The notes under the pieces: generated by a model
The model's input: the letters and a program-made list of their open reading frames with translations, nothing else
Told to the model about the DNA's origin: nothing
The model's database searches: none
Assembly (NCBI GenBank): GCA_048941265.1
Contig: JBHLNT010000061.1
Span: 1 to 23,183 of the forward strand
Length of the DNA: 23,183 nt
Origin: Promethearchaeota archaeon
GTDB lineage: Archaea > Asgardarchaeota > Lokiarchaeia > Sigyniarchaeales > SOKP01
Reading direction: 5' to 3'
In this document: positions 9,320-18,247 of the stretch, piece after piece
How positions within the stretch are numbered: position 1 is the stretch's first letter
How the letters are laid out: each line of letters starts with the position of its first letter
Translations under genes and position numbers: made by a program

Positions 9320-9973
9320 ATGGCTGATTTAGACAAATACCTGCAACCGACTGAATTTTTGGATTTTAATAGAGAAAAAGTTAGGAAAAAAGCACATGAA
9401 ATTACTGATGGTTTAAAAACCAATAAAGAAAAGATGATTGCTCTTTTCTATTGGACAAGAGATAACATCAAATACAATATGTATACATATAATCCTAAAA
9501 TTAAAGCCAATCTTAAAGCTTCAGTGACTTTAAGAAGAAAAAATGGTTTTTGTATGTCAAAGGCTGTCTTATTATCTGCTTTTGCCAGAGCAGTAGGCAT
9601 TCCAGCACGTATTAGGATGGTAGATATAATAAATCACAAAATCAGTCCTAAAATAGTCGAAATGATGCAAACGGATGTATTTCATTGCCATGGTATTTCG
9701 GAAGTATTATTAAATGGGACATGGTTAAAGTTAACACCTGTATTTGATAAAAATACTGCCTTAAAAGCAGGATTTTTACCACTTATAGAATTTGATGGGA
9801 AAAATGATGCTCTTTTTGAATCTCACGATAAAGAAGGAAATCTTTTTGTGGAATATGTTAAAGATTATGGCACATATTCAGAGCTACCCATAGAGCAAAT
9901 CGTTCAAATTTTTGCAAAAGCATATCCCGGAATGTATGCGAGAACTGAATTCCCTAAAAGAGAGGGCTTGTAA
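9320..9973 (+). CDS. Transglutaminase-like (papain-fold) cysteine enzyme, tandem copy 2
   Basis: YLQPTEFLDF, LFYWTRD.IKY, GFCMSKA, RAVGIPAR, HCHG, WLKLTPVF; collinear with copy 1. Confidence 0.88.
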   Translation: MADLDKYLQPTEFLDFNREKVRKKAHEITDGLKTNKEKMIALFYWTRDNIKYNMYTYNPKIKANLKASVTLRRKNGFCMSKAVLLSAFARAVGIPARIRMVDIINHKISPKIVEMMQTDVFHCHGISEVLLNGTWLKLTPVFDKNTALKAGFLPLIEFDGKNDALFESHDKEGNLFVEYVKDYGTYSELPIEQIVQIFAKAYPGMYARTEFPKREGL

Positions 9974-10023
9974 CACTTATGTTTGGTATAGAACAGAATT
10001 TTAAAAAATACTTCTAAGACTTC

Positions 10024-11391
10024 CTATTTTTCGTTTATTTTTTGTATGTAATTCTGAATTCTATCTATTCTATTCTCAATTTTCTGAAGTTGTTTATCAT
10101 GATTCCCCTCTTTACTTTCAGCAGATATAATATTTTTAATTTGAAATAAATATTTTAGTGCAATTACGTAATCTCTTCTTTTTTCTGATTTGTTTACTTG
10201 CTCTAAAGCAAAATTTAGTTCAACTTCCTTGTTTAGTTTTATAATATCTAAAATCTTATTCGAGATTTCATTAATCTTCATTTCCATATTGAATTCTTTT
10301 GCATAATTAAGTGCTTTTTGATATTCAAATAGCGCTTCTTGATAAGCAGCATTTTTTTCCGAAATTTCACCTTTTTTCATTGAAGTGTTAATTTTGTTAT
10401 GAGCATCCTCAATGCTCATATCATGACATTCGAAAATAATATCCTCAAGATTCTTCATGTCCATAAAATTTTGAAATATATGCTCCCTTTCTTCTTCTTT
10501 TTGCTTTGTAGATTCAAACTCTTGTCTTTTATCTTTCATATTTTGCCAAATTATAATATTTGCTCTAATCATCTGATATATGTACCAAAGGATTTCTTCA
10601 TCTGTTATTACTCCTAATAGATTTGCAGTTGTTGTTATAAGATGTGATATAAAGAAATAGATATCTTCTTTTAACAAATCTTTAGCACATTCGTATATAG
10701 CTTTTTGAACTATAGAAAAATTGTCAATAATATTTGGGGGTATTTGAGAAGAGAGCGTAAGGGGATAAGTCATAATAATATCAAAAGATTTTCGCACTAA
10801 ATTTTTAACCTGATCTAATATTTCTAAATCACCTGTATTCTCAAATTCCTGAAGTTCTGCATTATAATTATCTTCAAAAATATCAATAAAATTTGAAAGC
10901 AATTCTCTTAGATTAGACGAAGCTTTTTTATCAAGAATTAAACAAATTCTGCATAAGTTTCCATTACACAAGAGGAGATAAAAATTTTTATATTCAAACT
11001 CATAAAACTTTTTTTCTGGATTAATTCTATCTAATAATGTTAATTCTTCGGATGAGAATGAAACATTTGCTTGGATAAAACCAGAAATTAAAGTAGCATC
11101 TATAGGTAAATCACCGATAGCCATATTAAATGCTGGTAAACCTGCTGTAGTGAGAATAATTAAATGTCTTATAGTTGAAATATCTTGATACTTCCTCCAA
11201 ATATGCTTATACAATATTTCATTTCTTTTTTTTTGTGTTTGTTGCTCAATAACTTCCATTATATCCATTAAGAAATTAGCATCGCTAAATTTTTTTGATA
11301 AACAATTAAAACAATTTTCAGGGTATCCCAATTGGCAAACAGATTTGTCCACTCCACAATCTAATCCCATAACTAACTTAAAATAAGTCAA
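10024..11391 (-). CDS. Hypothetical protein: N-terminal 4-Cys cluster, longin/roadblock-like domain, helical TPR/MIT-like C-terminus
   Basis: 455-aa ORF with TTG start and AAGGAGTGA RBS. The segment IRHLIILTTAGLPAF...LISGFIQANVSFSSE resembles Asgard longin/roadblock-like domains. The C-terminus is charged and helical (EALFEYQKALNYAKE). Domain calls are by pattern only. Confidence 0.65.
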   Translation of the reverse strand: MTYFKLVMGLDCGVDKSVCQLGYPENCFNCLSKKFSDANFLMDIMEVIEQQTQKKRNEILYKHIWRKYQDISTIRHLIILTTAGLPAFNMAIGDLPIDATLISGFIQANVSFSSEELTLLDRINPEKKFYEFEYKNFYLLLCNGNLCRICLILDKKASSNLRELLSNFIDIFEDNYNAELQEFENTGDLEILDQVKNLVRKSFDIIMTYPLTLSSQIPPNIIDNFSIVQKAIYECAKDLLKEDIYFFISHLITTTANLLGVITDEEILWYIYQMIRANIIIWQNMKDKRQEFESTKQKEEEREHIFQNFMDMKNLEDIIFECHDMSIEDAHNKINTSMKKGEISEKNAAYQEALFEYQKALNYAKEFNMEMKINEISNKILDIIKLNKEVELNFALEQVNKSEKRRDYVIALKYLFQIKNIISAESKEGNHDKQLQKIENRIDRIQNYIQKINEK

Positions 11392-11465
11392 ATGATCTCA
11401 CTCCTTTTAAAATTAAATATTTATATACCTAATAACCGAATAACTATTTTATAATACAAAATATG

Positions 11466-11481
11466 TATATAAATTCGTCTA
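11466..11481 (-). promoter_or_regulatory. Putative BRE-TATA promoter for 10024..11391
   Basis: Minus strand TAGACGAA-TTTATATA, a purine-rich BRE-like sequence directly followed by a canonical TATA box about 75 bp upstream of the start. Confidence 0.4.
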
Positions 11482-11589
11482 TTTAATATTTTTAGAAGAA
11501 TTGGTAAATTTTCCTATTTTTTTGAGTTTTAGAAGAAATTAAAGACTAATTCATCAAATAGGATAGTTATGTGTAGAGATTGAAAAAAA

Positions 11590-12516
11590 TTAAGTAAAAT
11601 AACTTTCCTTAAGTCCTAGTTCTCTCAAATGAATCTGGAATTTACCTAATTTCCCTCCATAATTGCCTGCAGATACTTTAATCAAACCATCCATTCCAAT
11701 TATCCCCTCTATTGTTTTTTGCATAGTTTCTTTTATTGTGTCTACGTCAATGGCATTAAATACGATCTCAGGAATAGATTTCACACCCTCTGGTACTTCA
11801 TACTCTTCTGGCGATAATCTATCTTTTAAAGTAGGACAAAATGGATGATTAGTGGATGGTCCTATTTCGGGATATTTCGCATCAGGCGGTACAGGCTTCG
11901 ATCCAGCGGAACACACATCAAAAGTTGTGCAAACATTATCAAGTTCACCAATAATTTTTACAGCTTCTCTTCCCACTTTAATTCCTGAATCCACAGAATT
12001 GCAAAAAAGCCATAGATTACCACCCATAACTCCAGGAGCATATGATAGTTCTTCATCAATTAGAAAATCATATCCCATCATTATCGGAACATTGATGAGT
12101 TTTCTGTTATATTTCTGGATAATCCATTCGTACCCATCTCCGCAATGACCCACATTGTCCATCATATTGAACTTAGTTTCGATTTCTTTGGGATAATAGT
12201 CGAATACAGTCGTGGTTGGTACAACAAGAATTCCCTGTCGCATTCTTCTCCCTAATTGTTCGTAAAATTTCGAGGTTGACTTTTTACCTGTTCCCGTTAC
12301 CCAGAGCTGAACTACTGCTCCCAATCTCCCATCAAGCGTCTCTTCTTGAGATAACCATCTCACAATGCCGCCTTCGGCATCTCCGAATACAGTTGATGGT
12401 AAGGCCGTAAATGCATTTGCAGCTCTATTTAAAAATTTGGCATCTTGTGCTGTCACCATTAATTGTACACAGAGCCCCTCAAATGCCTCGCAATAAGTAT
12501 CTTCGATTAAGGTCAT
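11590..12516 (-). CDS. ftr: Formylmethanofuran--tetrahydromethanopterin N-formyltransferase
   Basis: IEDTYCEAF, ETLDGRLGA, GDGYE, GVMGGNL, SAGSK, STNHPFCPTLK, EIVFNA and SAGNYGGKLG motifs of the Ftr family. Confidence 0.93.
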   Translation of the reverse strand: MTLIEDTYCEAFEGLCVQLMVTAQDAKFLNRAANAFTALPSTVFGDAEGGIVRWLSQEETLDGRLGAVVQLWVTGTGKKSTSKFYEQLGRRMRQGILVVPTTTVFDYYPKEIETKFNMMDNVGHCGDGYEWIIQKYNRKLINVPIMMGYDFLIDEELSYAPGVMGGNLWLFCNSVDSGIKVGREAVKIIGELDNVCTTFDVCSAGSKPVPPDAKYPEIGPSTNHPFCPTLKDRLSPEEYEVPEGVKSIPEIVFNAIDVDTIKETMQKTIEGIIGMDGLIKVSAGNYGGKLGKFQIHLRELGLKESYFT

Positions 12517-12704
12517 AGGTTTACTAGTTTTTAATTAAACATTTAAAAATTATTAATAAACAGTTAATAGAAATGCAACTTATCTATATTTCATAGATAT
12601 CACCATAATTATTTAGTAGTATCAAATTGATTTTTAAAATGAAGTACTTATTAACTCTCAAATATTAAGTTAATTTAGGAATAATATAGTGGTGAATAAA
12701 AAAA

Positions 12705-13625
12705 TTGCCCTCTGGTATATTTCTCTATGAGATAGATAAGTCTTTTGGACCCAATATACTAGCAGATTACTATCTTAGCGAAAGTAAAGTAACTCCTCAA
12801 GTGTTAAAGGAATTTGCTGATAAACATCGTAAAAAGGATATATCTGATGCTACAGCGAGTATAGATGATATTAGATTTTTTTCAAGTGAGGTCAACGCTG
12901 AATCTATAAATAAAAATAATCTATACCTTGGCTTTGTAATAGATGAAGACGAGGATTTGGTCGCTTTAAAAAGTCAACTTGAAAAGATTGAAGAACAGAT
13001 TGTTCAAAATTTTTCTAATGATAAAAAAGAGATGCAGTTATTACTCAAAACGAATTTAAACTCTTTTTTAAGCTTATTAGAAAAACTAGAGAAACCTAAA
13101 ATTATTAAGGAGGCTATAAATGAGAAAACGAAAATAATGCTTGATGAAGGAAAACTCCAAGAAGCCAGGGAATTAATAGATTTAGGAGAGAAAATACCAG
13201 ATAAACTCTCTCAAGAAATAAAACAAGCTTCTGGATATTATGATAATGGATTGTTTAAAAAAGCTAAAAAAAGTTATTTGAAAGCAGCTGACTTAGCTGA
13301 AAAGATACAAGAAACAGAAATAGTAGAATTCTTAAGGAAAAGGGCTGAAAATGTGGCAAATTTACCCGATATTTTAAAAACTCTTGATGCGATGAATAAG
13401 GCAATAAGAAAAGGTCTGAACGATATTGAGGTCCAAAAGATTAATGTATATGAAAGGGTTAGTCCTTTAATCGAAAAAAATTTTAATTTGGCAAATTCTA
13501 TTGAAGATGATGAATTAGCAAAAATTTTTGATGAATTAAATAAAATTTGCACACGAGCAGCTCGGAAAGCAGAAGAATTGAACAATCTTAACAAAGAAAT
13601 TATAAAATTTTTAAAAAAAATTTAA
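12705..13625 (+). CDS. Hypothetical protein with N-terminal longin/uDENN-like segment and helical C-terminus
   Basis: 306-aa ORF, TTG start after a GGTGA RBS. N-terminal GIFLYEIDKSFGPNIL resembles the uDENN/longin first strand plus D..xGP turn. The remainder is helical (KAKKSYLKAADLAEKI). Confidence 0.65.
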   Translation: MPSGIFLYEIDKSFGPNILADYYLSESKVTPQVLKEFADKHRKKDISDATASIDDIRFFSSEVNAESINKNNLYLGFVIDEDEDLVALKSQLEKIEEQIVQNFSNDKKEMQLLLKTNLNSFLSLLEKLEKPKIIKEAINEKTKIMLDEGKLQEARELIDLGEKIPDKLSQEIKQASGYYDNGLFKKAKKSYLKAADLAEKIQETEIVEFLRKRAENVANLPDILKTLDAMNKAIRKGLNDIEVQKINVYERVSPLIEKNFNLANSIEDDELAKIFDELNKICTRAARKAEELNNLNKEIIKFLKKI

Positions 13626-13743
13626 TTATGATTTAAGTTATTACTCTATTTATTAAATTGAATCTTTTGGTCTAACATTCTAATTTATTCATATTAAACC
13701 CATAATTTTAAGAAAAAGAAATTCAAGTTCGTTCTCAAGCTTT

Positions 13744-15564
13744 TTAAGTATCTGATGGGGGTGCATCCGAGGGTGCCGCTTCAACAGCAGGAGGTTCATA
13801 CTCTCCGATATCGGGAAATATTATTTTAATTATATTCCAACCTTCTTCTGTGGGATAAGTTAAAGCGTTAGCAATGAGTTTTTCTCCAATTTCATTATTT
13901 ATTTCTACTTTATGAATTTGAGGAGTATTTTGTAACATCATCTCATATTTGGCACCTCCCGTACCCTGGGGCACTATTAAAATGGCCTCGCTAATCGCAT
14001 TTTCTCCAATTGCATCTTTTAACCTCTTAGCTGCATAATAACCCGCTACTCCAGCACTTCTATCAAAAGTTTTGATTGAGGGTATTTCCAAACCCCATTT
14101 TTTTCCCCCCGTCTCAATTGAGGCTGCTAATGTTTGGGTCCTTTTCCCTAACAAAAATTTAAATTCCATTTGAGTTTTGAATTCCTTACCTTTACTTTCT
14201 CCGATCATATTAATACATTTTAGTGCCGCTCCTGCTACAGATGCCGGATTTACATCTATTGTATATTCTTCTTCAGCTAAAATCTCTTCAATTTTCTTTC
14301 TTATTACATCCCTTGGTTTAGAAAAATCTATTACCTCTTCTAATTCTGAGGGGGGTTTGACAGTTGCAACAATCTCTACTCCTGCTTCTAATAACTCATC
14401 AACAGTCATTTCTTCCATAACTACTTTATCGATAAATCTTCTACATAGTTTAATCGAATTTCTTGGATTGCCTTTTGTTTTATCATAAATCATTTCTATT
14501 AATTTTTCATTAAGAGGGAAAAGAGGATATAAAGGAGGATTTAAATTATTTTCATCCCAAAAGCTCTCCATACTTTTTGAAAAGAAGATTTTTAAATCAT
14601 TTAAACTAAAAGGTTTTATATCTTGCTCTGGTTCCATACGTGATCGTAAGGGAGGATCTGCGATTTCTAGAATTCGGGGCCATACTTCCTTTAAAACAGC
14701 AATACTTATGACTAAACCTTTAATCTCATTATATAATCTTTTTAATATTTCGAGAAACTTCCTTTCAGCAGCTTCTCCGTGCATTCTGTAGGGAGATTCA
14801 AGTTCATCAAAATAAAGAATGAGAACTCTATCTAAATTTTCGGTGATGATTTTAATTAAAGCAAGACATACGTCATCATCTTCCACCACAGAATTTATAC
14901 CTAAATCACTTAATTCCTCAGGTTCCAAATCTTCTCCCAAAAGCCATCGTTCAGCTAAAGCTTTTTTATTTTTATCTAACTGATAAGTAACAAGAGCTTT
15001 AACGCAATCAGCAAACACCCCTGGAAATTCTCTAATCCCCATTTGTATTACTTCATCAATTTTAGGTTTTTGAAATAGGCCTTTTTTGCCTCCGCCCCAT
15101 TTCTCAACTAGCTTCATTGAAACATCATTCAGAATTTCGGGCCCAACCTCTTCTATAATACACGTGTAAACATGCAGTAATACTCTTATACTTGCAGGCG
15201 GGCTTGGCACATAGACGATAGTCCAATCAACAGGCTCAATTTGAGATATTTCGATTTCTTCAGAATCAGTTGAAAGTTCTAATTTTTTTCTATTTTCCCT
15301 TTCTTTATCTTTAAACGAATGGTAAGCATGTGTTTTTCCAGTTCCTGCTGAGCCTAAAATCGGAATTAATCTACTTGAGCGATCTCTATACGTTTGGCGT
15401 ACTAACCTATAAACTTCTCGATCAATAAAATTCCTTGGTCTAGCAATGTCGATTTTGTCGGGAATATCCCCTCGACTAACGAAGTTACTGAACGGCATCA
15501 TAGGTGCTTCTCGTAAAACTTCTAAATACATTTGTTTATCATCATCTGATAGTTCAGAATACAT
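13744..15564 (-). CDS. P-loop ATPase (BrxD/DUF2791- or STAND-like) with C-terminal alpha/beta domain
   Basis: Walker A GSAGTGKT, Walker B LILYFDELE, RWLLGE...LGI..VVEDDD segment, LRSR arginine-finger-like motif, TKGNPR helical-domain motif. Confidence 0.8.
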   Translation of the reverse strand: MYSELSDDDKQMYLEVLREAPMMPFSNFVSRGDIPDKIDIARPRNFIDREVYRLVRQTYRDRSSRLIPILGSAGTGKTHAYHSFKDKERENRKKLELSTDSEEIEISQIEPVDWTIVYVPSPPASIRVLLHVYTCIIEEVGPEILNDVSMKLVEKWGGGKKGLFQKPKIDEVIQMGIREFPGVFADCVKALVTYQLDKNKKALAERWLLGEDLEPEELSDLGINSVVEDDDVCLALIKIITENLDRVLILYFDELESPYRMHGEAAERKFLEILKRLYNEIKGLVISIAVLKEVWPRILEIADPPLRSRMEPEQDIKPFSLNDLKIFFSKSMESFWDENNLNPPLYPLFPLNEKLIEMIYDKTKGNPRNSIKLCRRFIDKVVMEEMTVDELLEAGVEIVATVKPPSELEEVIDFSKPRDVIRKKIEEILAEEEYTIDVNPASVAGAALKCINMIGESKGKEFKTQMEFKFLLGKRTQTLAASIETGGKKWGLEIPSIKTFDRSAGVAGYYAAKRLKDAIGENAISEAILIVPQGTGGAKYEMMLQNTPQIHKVEINNEIGEKLIANALTYPTEEGWNIIKIIFPDIGEYEPPAVEAAPSDAPPSDT

Positions 15565-15660
15565 TTTTATATCTCCATATTTTAATATTTTTAATTTATC
15601 AGCAATTATGTTTAATTGGAATAAAATTTATAAAATCTATAAACCTAAACAATTTTAGCT

Positions 15661-15680
15661 ATTATGAATTTATTCATAAT
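15661..15680. promoter_or_regulatory. Inverted repeat in the ATPase/hsp20 divergent intergenic region
   Basis: ATTATGAAT-TT-ATTCATAAT: perfect 9-bp arms with a 2-nt spacer. Confidence 0.45.
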
Positions 15681-15749
15681 TCTCACTATTAAATTTAATT
15701 AATATTGTGATAAACTAAAATATTGTGAGTAGTTTGAGTTGATCATATC

Positions 15750-16379
15750 ATGCCTAAAAAGAATGAAGAAGATGATGAGGATAGAGACGATATTGATAGT
15801 CCCTTTGATTTTTTTAAATTTTTCACTGATCCAGAAAAACTCTTTAAATCCAAGCAGTTTAAAACCATCTTTAAAGATGTGTTTGAAAAGCTTTTAAAGA
15901 GCTTACCGCCAGAATTTCAGAATCTTAGCCCTGAAGATATGAGAAAATATTTGATGGAAAACAAAGATAAATTTCCGTGGGGAGCAGGTCCCTACATCGC
16001 TGGATTCAATTTAAAGTTTGGACCTGACGGGAACCCGATAGTAGATTCTTTTGGAAATGTTAAGCCTGAACCTTATTCTGGAAAAGCAAAAGTAAAATCA
16101 ACAAGAGAACCCTTAGTTGAAGTCGATGAAGAGAATGATCAATTAATAATTATAGCAGAAATTCCAGGTGCAACAAAAGAAGATGTAGAAATAAAAGCGA
16201 CTTCTCGTTCTTTAACAATTTCAACCAAAGAAGACAGCCTATCTATAAAATATTATAAAGAAATTGAATTACCTATGCCTATCAATTCTGATTATGCTAA
16301 AGCAAGACTTCAGAATGGGATTCTAGAAATTAAATTGAAAAAACTCGATGAGGAGCATAAAGATATAAAAGTTGATTGA
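15750..16379 (+). CDS. hsp20: Archaeal small heat-shock protein Hsp20
   Basis: GPYIAGFNLKFGPDGNP..DSFGNVKP, REPLVEV, IIAEIPG..KEDV, YYKEIELP, AKARLQNGILEIKLKK (alpha-crystallin domain), C-terminal IKV (IxI/V motif). Confidence 0.93.
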   Translation: MPKKNEEDDEDRDDIDSPFDFFKFFTDPEKLFKSKQFKTIFKDVFEKLLKSLPPEFQNLSPEDMRKYLMENKDKFPWGAGPYIAGFNLKFGPDGNPIVDSFGNVKPEPYSGKAKVKSTREPLVEVDEENDQLIIIAEIPGATKEDVEIKATSRSLTISTKEDSLSIKYYKEIELPMPINSDYAKARLQNGILEIKLKKLDEEHKDIKVD

Positions 16380-16697
16380 ATTACCTAGGAAATTTATTGA
16401 TTTCTCCATAATTATATGAGTTTTTGCTATATATGATTTTAAGCTAAGATATGAACTATCAGAGATAAACAATAAACAGAAAAACAAAAATTTATTCATT
16501 GAAATAATATTTTTATTAATCACCTTTTTCGGCTTATGTATAATAATGGGTGGAAATGTTATACTTAGATTTATAAGAGATATATTAATCTAATTTATTT
16601 TTTCTTTTATTACAGCGCTAATATTCACTAAAATTAACAAAAAAAAAAAGGCAGAACTAAGCGAGATAAATATTTAAATCTATTTTTTTTAAATCCT

Positions 16698-16880
16698 TTA
16701 AATTATGGTCTCCAATTCCTTTAGAGCTATCTCTCTTAAAAGAATACGGTTGATAATTTTTTTATCTTTTTCTTTTATAAGATCATGGGGAGTAATGATA
16801 TTGTTAATATAAATATCATCTCTATAGGGATGAACCTCCACTTCCTCTAAAATCATCAATTTATAATACATCTTTGGCAT
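16698..16880 (-). CDS. Small hypothetical protein (60 aa)
   Basis: Stand-alone ORF in an otherwise non-coding region with protein-like composition; no family recognised. Confidence 0.45.
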   Translation of the reverse strand: MPKMYYKLMILEEVEVHPYRDDIYINNIITPHDLIKEKDKKIINRILLREIALKELETII

Positions 16881-16891
16881 ATAAAAACTTT

Positions 16892-16919
16892 TTCGTTTTT
16901 GTCATCCGACAAAAATGAA
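16892..16919. repeat. Inverted repeat / hairpin
   Basis: TTCGTTTTTGTC-ATCC-GACAAAAATGAA: 12-bp arms with one mismatch, 11 nt upstream of the 60-aa ORF start. Confidence 0.6.
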
Positions 16920-17169
16920 CCAATATGCACCTGTAGTATGATTAGCATTTCAAATTATTAAAATAAAATGAAATAATAAAGAGGTTTTAATCTCAAATAT
17001 AATTAAATAATATTAATCCTTAACTATTTAATTTAGACGAAGAATAAAAGGGGTATATTTGTCTATTTCTCATAATTAGGTAAATCTTAATATTTTTAGT
17101 AAAGAGAGAAGAAGCCAATGAAGTTTATTTTAAATATTTAGTTTCACCATATTTTCCAAGAAATGGATT

Positions 17170-17802
17170 CTAAATCAAAAATCTATTATATACTTTATAA
17201 TTTTCATCATAGGGCTTAATATTTCTTATTAAATTCAGTCGAAGTTTTAGATCATTCAGAAATTTTTCTATCTTTTCTTTATTTTTTACAATATAACCTC
17301 TTTTCTTTTTGATATAACTTTCAATTTTTTTAAAATGTTCCTTTATATCAAATAATTCGAATATTTTAATTTTTAATGGTTCTCTATTAATAATTTCTCT
17401 TAAATCCTCCGAAAAACTTTCAAAAATAGAGATATTTCCATTCCAATTGTTATTTTCGAAAATGTTAACAAATTTTTCATTAAATCTATTAATAATTATA
17501 TTACAAATTGCCTTTATTTGAAAATCTTTATTATTATCCTTATCGTTTATAGCAAATACAAACAGTAGATACTGAGAAAACTTAAATAATATTTTGCGAT
17601 TAGAAAATTTAATGAATTGAATCTCATCAATAAATGTTTCATCGGCAAAAGTTAATAAAGCCGCTAAAAAAGAACTAACCATGTCTGTAGATTTTCCTTC
17701 TTTTATAAAATCAACATAGTTTTCCTCAAAAATACATATTCGGGAAGAACTTTCAAGAATCCAGAGACCGTCTATTAATAATTCTAATTTCTTCTCTTCC
17801 AT
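17170..17802 (-). CDS. Hypothetical protein with longin/roadblock-like domain
   Basis: IDGLWILESSSRICIFE...DMVSSFLAALLTFADE..IQFIKFSNRKILF...LLFVFAI...F.EKF...W.GNISIFE.F pattern; GGAG RBS upstream. Confidence 0.7.
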   Translation of the reverse strand: MEEKKLELLIDGLWILESSSRICIFEENYVDFIKEGKSTDMVSSFLAALLTFADETFIDEIQFIKFSNRKILFKFSQYLLFVFAINDKDNNKDFQIKAICNIIINRFNEKFVNIFENNNWNGNISIFESFSEDLREIINREPLKIKIFELFDIKEHFKKIESYIKKKRGYIVKNKEKIEKFLNDLKLRLNLIRNIKPYDENYKVYNRFLI

Positions 17803-18247
17803 TATTTATACTCCAATAATAATTAGGCGTTCCTTTTTTTTCTGTATTTTATTAGTAAAAATACTATAATTTTAATTTATGGATTTATTTTAAGCGTAAA
17901 TATCAACATTTACGTAAGCTTTAACCCATTTTAGATCTTCATGTTTTTTAATTCAGATTAACAATTACATATTAAATTTAAAGATTTCTCATCAATGAAT
18001 TCGGATTTTGATATTTCGAGATATTTTTTTACCTTCACATTCAAACATTCGATAGGTATCCCGAATCACTGATAATAATCGTCTGAATATATGTTCTCAA
18101 TATAATATGATTATGGCTTATCGCAAACATTCACCTTTATTATATTCTTTTTAATATGAAATTTATATCATCCTTAATATAGGAATTAATACCTACAAAT
18201 TATTAAAAAAAAGGAGAGACACTTTTTTGAAATATAAAGGGAATTTT

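Noticed and set aside
660-14488. Short antisense or overlapping ORFs in the track (e.g. 660-938, 2860-3258, 4194-4472, 11852-12148, 13274-13594, 14177-14488)
   Set aside because: They lie opposite well-supported genes and show no motifs, as expected of shadow ORFs.
13744-15564. ATPase as Orc1/Cdc6 marking a replication origin, or as part of a complete BREX system
   Set aside because: No ORB-like repeats in flanking DNA, size and motifs differ from Orc1/Cdc6, and no other BREX genes are in the window.
16323-16523. 66-aa minus-strand ORF with a hydrophobic start and an AAGGTGA sequence
   Set aside because: Overlaps the hsp20 3' end, has low-complexity AT-rich composition, and the RBS-like sequence is about 20 nt from the ATG.
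17959-18102. Minus-strand frame with an internal TGA (…DDYYQ*FGIPIECL…) considered as a selenoprotein or pseudogene
   Set aside because: No start codon in frame, no redox-motif context and no SECIS-like element recognised.
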